In this document: positions 24,574 to 32,000 of the stretch, one piece after another
Numbering within the stretch: position 1 is the first letter of the stretch
Layout of the letters: the number at the start of each line of letters is the position of its first letter
From: Erysipelothrix inopinata
GTDB taxonomy: Bacteria > Bacillota_I > Bacilli_A > Erysipelotrichales > Erysipelotrichaceae
Assembly: GCF_014396165.1 (NCBI RefSeq)
Contig: NZ_CP060715.1
Location: forward strand, 780,001-812,000
Length of the DNA: 32,000 nucleotides
Reading direction: 5' to 3'
Translations under genes and position numbers: made by a program
The notes under the pieces: model-generated
The model's input: the letters and a program-made list of their open reading frames with translations, nothing else
What the model was told of the DNA's origin: nothing
Databases searched by the model: none

Positions 24574-25227
24574 ATGAGAAAAATAATATTTATAATCTTG
24601 ATTCTAACGATAGTGGGCTGTGCTCAAAATACAAGTGAAAATGTTAATAGAACTGATAACAATAAAAAAGAAAGCGAGCAGGATACCATGAGTAAAATAA
24701 AAATTAATCCAAATATCGATAAAGTAAATGAAAATAATGAATCCGAACTTCTAATTGCAGTGCACAATAATGATATTGAAGCGGCAATTAATTTGATTGA
24801 TCAAGGTGCTAATGTAAACCTTCAAGATAATATTTCCGACTCGCCCTATTTGTACGCAGGTGCCCAAGGACGAACAGAGATTCTTGAGCACATGTTAAAG
24901 TATGCGGATATTGATTTTTCTGTTGTGAATAGATATGGTGGTAACACACTCATCCCGGCAGCTGAAAAAGGACATATTGATAACGTGAAACTTTTAGTAG
25001 CAGATGACCGCATCGATATTGATTTTCAAAATAACTTTGGTTATACAGCTCTTATAGAAGCAGTAGCTCTCACAGACGGTTCAGAAAAGTTTGTGGAAAT
25101 TGTGAAGATCTTGGTAGATGCTGGTGCGGACATTACTCTTAAAGATAAATCAGGTAAGACTGCTCTAGATTATGCCAAAGAAAAAAAATATGAAAAAATG
25201 ATAGAAATTCTAAGTAAGACGTCATAA
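24574..25227 (+). CDS. Ankyrin-repeat lipoprotein
   Basis: Signal peptide with lipobox LTIVGC. At least 4 ankyrin-like repeats (LLIAVHNNDIEAAINLIDQGANVN; NTLIPAAEKGHIDNVKLLV; YTALIEAV...VKILVDAGADITLKDKSGKTALDYA). Confidence 0.8.
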   Translation: MRKIIFIILILTIVGCAQNTSENVNRTDNNKKESEQDTMSKIKINPNIDKVNENNESELLIAVHNNDIEAAINLIDQGANVNLQDNISDSPYLYAGAQGRTEILEHMLKYADIDFSVVNRYGGNTLIPAAEKGHIDNVKLLVADDRIDIDFQNNFGYTALIEAVALTDGSEKFVEIVKILVDAGADITLKDKSGKTALDYAKEKKYEKMIEILSKTS

Positions 25228-25236
25228 TAATCTAAT

Positions 25237-25280
25237 AAAAAAAGAGAACTGACAAGAAAATATTCTGCAGTTCTCTTTTT
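25237..25280. terminator. Bidirectional terminator between convergent genes
   Basis: AGAGAACTG 25243-25251 pairs with CAGTTCTCT 25268-25276, flanked by A7 and T5. Confidence 0.75.
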
Positions 25281-25299
25281 AGATAGAATCTCTATTTGA

Positions 25300-25785
25300 T
25301 TACTTTTGTACAGTACATGTAAATCCATTAGCTTCGAGTGCTTCAACTTCTTCATCAAGGAAGAGGCCTTTAACTTCACGATCATAGCCATTATAAAATT
25401 GTATTTTATTCATAATATCAAAATCTATTTTTGAAAAGTCTTGAATCTTTATAAACTCAAATAAATCATCAGTATCTGTAACTTTTGTCTCGTAACCTGG
25501 AATCTTTCCACCAGCCTTACTTTCAAACATTGAATTTTGTGCATCTACTGCCGCTACCAGTGATTTTGTTTTTGTAGTAAATTCCACAACATTTACCTTG
25601 GGGTCTCGAGTTACTTTGAGAGTTTCTGTCATCTTGGTAACGTCATTTTTATTTGCTTCAATTTCAAACGTATTTTCTATTATATCTAAGTTTTTAAATG
25701 AGCAGACAGTTGTTTCTGTTTTGTTTTTATTAGAACATCCCACAAGAAGAAACAATATGCATAATCCAGTAAGTAATTTATTCAT
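25300..25785 (-). CDS. Putative lipoprotein (161 aa)
   Basis: MNKLLTGLCILFLLVGCSN carries a lipobox. GGAGG lies upstream of the ATG at 25785; the track start at 25809 lacks an SD. Confidence 0.7.
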   Translation of the reverse strand: MNKLLTGLCILFLLVGCSNKNKTETTVCSFKNLDIIENTFEIEANKNDVTKMTETLKVTRDPKVNVVEFTTKTKSLVAAVDAQNSMFESKAGGKIPGYETKVTDTDDLFEFIKIQDFSKIDFDIMNKIQFYNGYDREVKGLFLDEEVEALEANGFTCTVQK

Positions 25786-25954
25786 AGTATACCTCCAAAA
25801 AATAATCATAGCATAATCAAAATGAAGTTTTGATGAAAGGTTTGTTAAGGTAGATGTGTTTAATTTAGGATATGATAAGATTGAATGAGATAGTGAATCG
25901 TAAAAAAAAGAAAAAGGTATAGATAATATACGTTTGAATAGAAAGGTGAGTCTA

Positions 25955-26356
25955 GTGGCACAGATAACAGTTAACAGAAGTAAAAACTTTATAGGGATGG
26001 CACGTGATTATAAAATATATCTTAACGATCAAGAAGTCGGGCGTGTTAAGAATAATTCTACCACAACAATCCAAGTGGAACCTGGAAAGTATGAGATGAG
26101 AGTTGGTATAAGTAAATTAAATGGAATGAGTAATTCCATAGAAGTGCACGTAAATGAGAATGATGATTTAGCATTCATCACTAAAATGAGTAAAGTTATG
26201 ATAATGAGCTACGCGTGTGTATTTTTAGGAGGCGGCTTAATGGGTCTCTCATCTGGAACTAGAAGAATACCCATGATTATTATAGGGTTAGTTCTTGCAG
26301 TTTGTGGTTTATTTATGACATTCCGTCATAACATTGTGTTACAACAAACGGTTTAG
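25955..26356 (+). CDS. Hypothetical small membrane protein, paralog 1 (soluble N-domain plus 2 TM helices)
   Basis: I chose the GTG start at 25955 (AAAGGTGAG upstream). This gives (M)AQITVNRSKNF, colinear with the paralog's MAKITIKRNLSF. Confidence 0.6.
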   Translation: MAQITVNRSKNFIGMARDYKIYLNDQEVGRVKNNSTTTIQVEPGKYEMRVGISKLNGMSNSIEVHVNENDDLAFITKMSKVMIMSYACVFLGGGLMGLSSGTRRIPMIIIGLVLAVCGLFMTFRHNIVLQQTV

Positions 26357-26476
26357 TAGCAATTATGAATGTTCAAAAGAAAAATTGCTTGAACTAAAGT
26401 GAGGAAATGGTAGGATAGAATTAGATTTGATATTAGCAGTTATAATGCATCCATATAGTTAGGTAGGGGGACACTT

Positions 26477-26881
26477 ATGGCTAAAATTACAATTAAACGG
26501 AACTTATCATTTTTAGGTTATCCACATAGTTATAAAATTTTTATTAACGATAAAGCTGAGGCACTAGTCCGCAATAATTCGAGTAGAACTATGGAACTAG
26601 ATCCAGGGGTGTATCGACTCAGGGTCGGTATTGGGAAATTTAACACCCGAAGCAATCAACTTTATGTCAATGTAGACGAAGACAGTGAACTCTTATTTAC
26701 AGCTAAAATGAATGCGTGGTTGATATACGGATTTCTAATTGCATTTGCGGGATTCGAGTTACTTCATTTTTTTGTTTCAGATGGAAATTTACCGATGATA
26801 ATATTGGGTATTTTATTTGTTATTGGTGGGTTTGCAGTTTCATCACTTTATGCGGTAAAGCTAAAAAGAGTCACCAAATAA
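26477..26881 (+). CDS. Hypothetical small membrane protein, paralog 2
   Basis: 134-aa ORF with SD GGTAGGGGG. Roughly one-third identical by eye to the upstream gene, with the same architecture (YKI..ND, NNS, PG.Y..RVGI.K.N..SN). Confidence 0.65.
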   Translation: MAKITIKRNLSFLGYPHSYKIFINDKAEALVRNNSSRTMELDPGVYRLRVGIGKFNTRSNQLYVNVDEDSELLFTAKMNAWLIYGFLIAFAGFELLHFFVSDGNLPMIILGILFVIGGFAVSSLYAVKLKRVTK

Positions 26882-26888
26882 TTTTGAA

Positions 26889-26923
26889 AGGTAATTTAGA
26901 ATTCTCTAAATTATCCTTTTTTT
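26889..26923 (+). terminator. Rho-independent terminator
   Basis: AGGTAATTTAGA pairs with TCTAAATTATCCT, followed by T7. Confidence 0.75.
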
Positions 26924-27086
26924 ACATTGGCCTACCAAACAATTTACCTAAAAACTAGGTGGAATATAAGAAAAATGAGTTAAAACGGGAATGAATTATA
27001 AAATATCACTATAATTTCACTTATGTTTCATTTGTTTACAAAAAATATAGCTTATTATGTGGGTAACGAAGAAAAAGGAGAATAAT

Positions 27087-30000
27087 ATGAAAAAATACTA
27101 TATACTTGGTATTTCACTATTATTAATGATTGGCCTCGTGCCCGCATACGCTGACACTAAACCGCTCACCGATGATACTCAAAAAACTGAACACGTTGAG
27201 ATTTCTGAAACTAAACAAAAAGACGATATTACTGAAAGTGAAGAATTCGTAGAGCAAATTCCTGAAAATAAAATAAATGATAATAATTCATCCATAAATG
27301 ATGAAACTACTAAGCCTGAAATTAAAAGTTCGCTGCCAGAAGAAATAGAAGCTATTACTGATAAAGAATCTATAGTAAAAATGGAAGTTAAAGAACCAAC
27401 AAAAGCTTTGAAAACTGAAAATGATGCGAACGATAAAACCGTAAGTGATTGGTTCTCAACAAAAGAGGCACAAGATGTCGTAATGGAGAAACTTCAAGTC
27501 TCTGCAACTGATATCATTACGCAAGAACAAATCGATTCGATAGTAATGATAGAATTTTCTAAAGTTGATTTAACCAATCTAAAACTCATAGATTTAGCAC
27601 CACTAAAAAATCTTGATGCTATTACATTTAATACAACTACGAATATTCCTAATTTACATGATTTGGATGTATTTCCTAAATTAGATTACATTCGTATTTC
27701 ATCCTCATCTGTAAAATCATTATCGGGAATAGAAAAAGCAAAAACGATTACAAGTGTAACGATGCAAAGAATTGATTTTGATGGCTCAGTAGATTTCTTT
27801 AATGGAATTGGTGAGCTTAACTTAAGAGACTTAACCATGATGTCAATGCCTAATTTGACCGACGAGCATGTGACATTCATTCCCAAATTAAAAAATTTGA
27901 ATAGTGTAAGTTTGGAATCAACACAATTTTCTGATTTATCAGTATTTAAAGACATGCAATTGTTGACGTCAATTCTTGCAAGAAATGCATTTATAAAAGA
28001 TATATCTATAGTTGAATCGATTCCTAAGTTGAAAAGTTTAAATATTGAAAACTTTGATGCTGATATCGTTCCGGAATCAAAACGTAATCGTGTTATAGAT
28101 TACTCAGTATTAAAATCAAGCTATGTGCCAGGAACATTCTCACTATACATGGATAGACAAAGGGCTGAAGTGCCTGTAAAATTTGATAATACAAAAAAAG
28201 AATACTATCTTGATCTTTCAGAGTTCAAACTATTCAAAGACTCGACACTTACTAAAACAAGTATTCAAGGCGTATGCAATAAAGAGAAATATGTTTTTGA
28301 CGAAACAACAAAACATCTGAGTGTTCCAGAAGAAAAAGTTCAAAGTTGGTTAAAAAATCCAGAAATTAGTTATCCTGGAGATGTGTTCTCAATTTCATTT
28401 GACACTGATGGTCCTTATGGCCCTGGACACATTGGAAGAATATTCTTATTCCCAGATTTAAGTGCCTTAAACCATACTGTTACTTACAAATATAATAATG
28501 GTGTTGCAGACTCGGAATTAAAAGATATTGCAAACAATTCCTTGCTTACTAAACCTGCTGATCCGATTTTTACAAATCATAAATTTGTAGGTTGGTACAG
28601 TGACGCGTCGTTCACAAAACCATGGGACTTTACAAGTAGCCGTGTAACCCAAGACACGACACTCTATGCAAAATGGATTCAAAATCCATGGACTGTTACC
28701 TTTAAGCATGGTGATACGCTAATTAAAACAGTTAGTGTTGAAAATGATATGCAGATTCCATTTGAAGACATTATTGATATTGAAATACCGGGGCACTCTA
28801 TTGAAGGCTATTTTAGAGAAAAAGAGTTTACACAAGAATGGGATTTCTTTGGTGATACTGTTACTCAAGATACGACCTTGTGGGTGAAGACCTCTAAATT
28901 AAAATTTGATGTAACTTTTGTTAATAAAGCTGGAACAAACCTATACACAATTAATGATGTTCCTTATGAAAGTATTGTACCTGACGGATATCAAGAAGTT
29001 CTTCAAAAAGTTGGATCAACGTATATGATTTATACCGACGCTGAAATGACGAATGAATGGAATCCAAGTACCTTTAAAGTATTAGATGATGTTACACTCT
29101 ATGTCGACTACAGACTCAATGATTACACACTTTCATTTGAAACAAATGGTGGAACTGCAATCGACGCGAAACAATTACCATATGAAACACTCATTGGTAT
29201 GACGCATGAAACAACGAAAGCTAACCACAAATTAGTCGGCTGGTATCTCGATGCTGCCTTCACAACTCCAGTTACAGCAGAAACAAAACTAACCGCTGAT
29301 ACAACTATCTATGCGAAGTGGGAAACAGTTGAATACACACTCACCTTTGAAACAAATGGTGGAACTGCAATTGCTGCGAAACAATTACCATATGAAACAC
29401 TCATTGGTATGGTACACGAAACAACGAAAGCAAACCACAAGTTAGTCGGCTGGTATCTCGATGCTGCCTTCACAACTCCAGTTACAGCAGAAACAAAACT
29501 AACTGCTGATACAACAATCTATGCGAAGTGGGAAGCAGTTGATTACACCCTCACATTCGAAACAAATGGTGGAACACCAATCGCTGCGAAACAATTACCA
29601 TATGAAACACTCATTGGTATGGTACACGAAACAACGAAAGCAAACCACAAGTTAGTCGGCTGGTATCTCGATGCTGCATTTACAACTCTAGTTACAGCAG
29701 AAACAAAACTAACCGCTGATACAACTATCTATGCGAAGTGGGAAACAGTTGAATACACACTCACCTTTGAAACAAATGGTGGAACTGCAATCGCTGCGAA
29801 ACAATTACCATATGAAACACTCATTGGTATGGTACACGAAACAACGAAAGCAAACCACAAGTTAGATGGTTGGTATCTCGATGCTGCCTTCACAACACCA
29901 GTTACAGCAGAAACAAAACTAACCGCTGATACAACAATCTATGCGAAATGGGAAGCAGTTGATTACACCCTCACATTCGAAACAAATGGTGGAACTGCAA

Positions 30001-30326
30001 TCGCCGCGAAACAACTACCTTATGAAACACTCATTGGTATGACGCATAAAACAACGAAAGCTAAACACAAGTTAGTCGGCTGGTATCTCGATGCTGCCTT
30101 CACAACACCAGTTACAGCAGAAACAAAACTGACTGCTGATACAACAATCTATGCGAAATGGGAAGAAAATGAATCTCAAGTAAAACCTGGTATAAAAGAT
30201 CCAGATAAAAATAAACCGACCTTACCAACTACCGGAGTTCAAAGTACAACTTTAACACTCTATGCTGTAGTTGCCGTTGGACTGATGCTAGTTCTCATTT
30301 CAACCAGAAAAAAGAAAGAAAACTAG
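27087..30326 (+). CDS. LPXTG-anchored surface protein with internalin-like LRR region and 9 Listeria-Bacteroides (Flg_new-type) repeats
   Basis: Signal peptide MKKYYILGISLLLMIGLVPAYA, with SD AAGGAG before the ATG at 27087. About 22-aa LRRs at about aa 150-340. Repeats of the form F.GWY.D..FT..WDF....V..DTTLYAKW. C-terminal LPTTG plus hydrophobic helix plus RKKKEN. Confidence 0.88.
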   Translation: MKKYYILGISLLLMIGLVPAYADTKPLTDDTQKTEHVEISETKQKDDITESEEFVEQIPENKINDNNSSINDETTKPEIKSSLPEEIEAITDKESIVKMEVKEPTKALKTENDANDKTVSDWFSTKEAQDVVMEKLQVSATDIITQEQIDSIVMIEFSKVDLTNLKLIDLAPLKNLDAITFNTTTNIPNLHDLDVFPKLDYIRISSSSVKSLSGIEKAKTITSVTMQRIDFDGSVDFFNGIGELNLRDLTMMSMPNLTDEHVTFIPKLKNLNSVSLESTQFSDLSVFKDMQLLTSILARNAFIKDISIVESIPKLKSLNIENFDADIVPESKRNRVIDYSVLKSSYVPGTFSLYMDRQRAEVPVKFDNTKKEYYLDLSEFKLFKDSTLTKTSIQGVCNKEKYVFDETTKHLSVPEEKVQSWLKNPEISYPGDVFSISFDTDGPYGPGHIGRIFLFPDLSALNHTVTYKYNNGVADSELKDIANNSLLTKPADPIFTNHKFVGWYSDASFTKPWDFTSSRVTQDTTLYAKWIQNPWTVTFKHGDTLIKTVSVENDMQIPFEDIIDIEIPGHSIEGYFREKEFTQEWDFFGDTVTQDTTLWVKTSKLKFDVTFVNKAGTNLYTINDVPYESIVPDGYQEVLQKVGSTYMIYTDAEMTNEWNPSTFKVLDDVTLYVDYRLNDYTLSFETNGGTAIDAKQLPYETLIGMTHETTKANHKLVGWYLDAAFTTPVTAETKLTADTTIYAKWETVEYTLTFETNGGTAIAAKQLPYETLIGMVHETTKANHKLVGWYLDAAFTTPVTAETKLTADTTIYAKWEAVDYTLTFETNGGTPIAAKQLPYETLIGMVHETTKANHKLVGWYLDAAFTTLVTAETKLTADTTIYAKWETVEYTLTFETNGGTAIAAKQLPYETLIGMVHETTKANHKLDGWYLDAAFTTPVTAETKLTADTTIYAKWEAVDYTLTFETNGGTAIAAKQLPYETLIGMTHKTTKAKHKLVGWYLDAAFTTPVTAETKLTADTTIYAKWEENESQVKPGIKDPDKNKPTLPTTGVQSTTLTLYAVVAVGLMLVLISTRKKKEN
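29121..30170 (+). repeat. Five tandem 210-bp (70-aa) near-identical coding repeats
   Basis: Units start at 29121, 29331, 29541, 29751 and 29961. Only scattered substitutions separate them. The junctions alternate GAATACACACTCACCTTTGA with GATTACACCCTCACATTCGA. Confidence 0.92.
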
Positions 30327-30366
30327 ATATTGACGAATTGTAAGATTCTTCAAGAATAAAACTGAT

Positions 30367-30402
30367 AAAAAGGCGAATCACGATATGATGATTCGCCTTT
30401 TT
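30367..30402. terminator. Bidirectional terminator between the surface-protein gene and glpK
   Basis: AAGGCGAATCA pairs with TGATTCGCCTT across an 8-nt loop, flanked by A5 and T5. Confidence 0.8.
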
Positions 30403-30460
30403 CCTCTCATTATACTAGTTCAATATATTAATAATATGTATCTTTTTGATAATTACAAAG

Positions 30461-31942
30461 CTATTTTGAGGAAAGTGTCCGGTCAACAGCATTTGACCAA
30501 TTTTCCAGAAGGTTTTCCCTGATAGCTGGTGGCATGTTTGTTTCATAAGTAGTACTTGGCGAGATGGTATTTTCAATTGATTGTTTATTTTCGAAGAATC
30601 CTGTTGCGAGTCCAGCAAGGAAGCAAGCTCCTAGTGCAGTTGTCTCAGAAACTACGGGACGTGTAACTTCAATATCTAAGATGTCTGCTTGAAATTGCAT
30701 TAAAAAATTATTCATAGAAGCGCCGCCATCAACGTTCAAATTCATGAGAGGAATATGACTATCACGTTCCATTGCTTTTAAGACATCATGGGTTTGGTAT
30801 GCGATAGACTCTAGGGCTGCTCTAATGATATGTGAGCGATTAGAACTACGTGTTAGACCCGTAATTGTGCCCCTAGCGTCCATATCCCAGTAGGGTGCTC
30901 CAAGACCTGTGAAAGCAGGAACAATAACAACTCCTTGAGTGTCCTCAACTGAGAGCGCGAATCGTTCCGATTCACTGGCATGATTAATGAGACAAAGTTC
31001 GTCACGAAGCCATTGAATGATAGCTCCTCCAATGAAGATAGAACCTTCTAGAGCATACTCAACATTGCCATCAATTCCTACCGCAATTGTACTAAGTAGG
31101 CCATTCTGACTATCGACTGCTTGGGTTCCAGTATTCATAAGTAAGAAACATCCAGTTCCATATGTGTTTTTTGCTTGTCCAGGGTAAAATGATTTTTGGC
31201 CGAAAAGAGCGGCTTGTTGATCTCCTGCGATTCCAGCAATCGGAATGCTAACATCTTGAATTGTCGTGTAACCGTAGATTTCTGAACTTGATTTTACTTC
31301 AGGTAAAATTTCTCGGGGAATATTCATAAGATTGAGTAATTCTTGATCCCACTGTAGCGTATGAATGTTAAAGATCATTGTACGAGATGCATTGGTAACA
31401 TCAGTAACATGCACCTCACGATTAGTTAGGTTGTATACTAACCACGAATCGACAGTCCCAAACATTAGTTCGCCACGTTTAGCTTGTTCATATGCGCCTT
31501 CAACATGATCGAGGATCCATTTAATTTTCGTTGCAGAAAAATAGGCGTCAACAATTAATCCAGTTTTCTTACGAATCATTTCAGCATGACCTTGTTCGAT
31601 GAGGTGGTGTGCATCCTCAGCTGTACGTCGACATTGCCAAACAATAGCGTTGTAAATTGGTTGTCCGGTTTTGCGATTCCAAATTAAAGTTGTTTCACGT
31701 TGGTTTGTGATTCCAATAGAATCAATTTCCTCGATTGCAATACCCGAACGAGCTATGACTTGGTTCATGGCTCCCATCTGTGTTGCCCATATTTCCATGG
31801 GATCTTGTTCTACCCAAGCAGCTTGGGGATAAATTTGTGTTAATTCAGTCTGTGCCATTGACACAACTTGATGATTTTTATCAAAAATGATTGCTCTAGA
31901 ACTCGTAGTGCCCTGATCTAAAGCGAGAATATATTTTTTCAT
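30461..31942 (-). CDS. glpK: Glycerol kinase
   Basis: 493 aa with N-terminus [16 protein letters not shown] and FGGY-family blocks ([40 protein letters not shown]). GGAGGG lies upstream of the ATG at 31942; the track start at 31999 lacks an SD. Confidence 0.93.
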   Translation of the reverse strand: MKKYILALDQGTTSSRAIIFDKNHQVVSMAQTELTQIYPQAAWVEQDPMEIWATQMGAMNQVIARSGIAIEEIDSIGITNQRETTLIWNRKTGQPIYNAIVWQCRRTAEDAHHLIEQGHAEMIRKKTGLIVDAYFSATKIKWILDHVEGAYEQAKRGELMFGTVDSWLVYNLTNREVHVTDVTNASRTMIFNIHTLQWDQELLNLMNIPREILPEVKSSSEIYGYTTIQDVSIPIAGIAGDQQAALFGQKSFYPGQAKNTYGTGCFLLMNTGTQAVDSQNGLLSTIAVGIDGNVEYALEGSIFIGGAIIQWLRDELCLINHASESERFALSVEDTQGVVIVPAFTGLGAPYWDMDARGTITGLTRSSNRSHIIRAALESIAYQTHDVLKAMERDSHIPLMNLNVDGGASMNNFLMQFQADILDIEVTRPVVSETTALGACFLAGLATGFFENKQSIENTISPSTTYETNMPPAIRENLLENWSNAVDRTLSSK

Positions 31943-32000
31943 AGTACCCTCCGTACAAACATCATACAAAAATAAGTTAATAATTACATTAAAAACCAAG

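Noticed and set aside
26716-26958. 80-aa plus-strand ORF overlapping paralog 2 and its terminator
   Set aside because: It is an alternative frame of a gene supported by paralogy. It runs through the terminator hairpin.
29121-30170. CRISPR-like regular repeats
   Set aside because: The repeats are 210 bp, contiguous without spacers, and in frame inside a surface-protein gene. There are no cas genes. No CRISPR array exists anywhere in the window.
17447-30402. att-type direct repeat of the tRNA-Phe 3' end marking the island boundary
   Set aside because: I looked for CTGACTGGGGCCACCA-like strings at the obvious junctions (about 22350, 26900 and 30350) and saw none. A by-eye search is not exhaustive.
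30415-30618. 67-aa minus-strand ORF overlapping the glpK 3' end
   Set aside because: It is an alternative frame of glpK and has no SD.
31943-31999. Extended glpK N-terminus ([19 protein letters not shown])
   Set aside because: The canonical [16 protein letters not shown] start at 31942 has a GGAGGG SD. The extension is AT-rich upstream DNA.

Overview
This is an AT-rich (about one-third G+C by eye) chromosomal segment from a low-GC Gram-positive bacterium (Bacillota). Supporting signs are lipobox lipoproteins, an LCP envelope protein, an LPXTG-type sortase substrate and tRNAs with encoded CCA. The species cannot be determined from the sequence alone.

Positions 1-17450 look like ordinary core genome:
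- a minus-strand response regulator / histidine kinase / ABC-ATPase operon
- a few micro-ORFs, tRNA-His and degV
- a YtrA-like GntR-ABC module and a metallophosphoesterase
- a membrane protein plus an LCP protein, a lipid kinase and trxA
- an XRE-cupin regulator with potABCD
- a 9-gene tRNA array (Cys, Leu, Arg, Pro, Met, Ile2-CAU, Ser, fMet, Phe)

Immediately after tRNA-Phe, and up to glpK (30461-31942), lies a roughly 13-kb accessory island. It holds a small XRE regulator, several orphan small ORFs, an apparently intact IS3-family element inserted into one of them, and a frameshifted, truncated Rep_3 replication gene. It also holds a 547-aa acidic orphan protein, a secreted ankyrin-repeat lipoprotein, another lipoprotein, two tandem paralogous small membrane proteins, and a 1079-aa LRR plus Listeria-Bacteroides-repeat LPXTG surface protein whose 3' part is five near-identical 210-bp repeats.

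The most unusual signal is noncoding. Three long leaders in the island (17753-17982, 19556-19924, 20470-20900) each precede a small plus-strand ORF. They are locally GC-enriched, strongly self-complementary and share short motifs. One (19685-19894) folds as a ~210-nt nested hairpin. Another (20686-20836) carries an oriT-nick-like AAGTGACGCCCT hairpin. I cannot assign them to any named RNA or DNA element class. No CRISPR array, integrase, relaxase or recognisable defence gene was seen.
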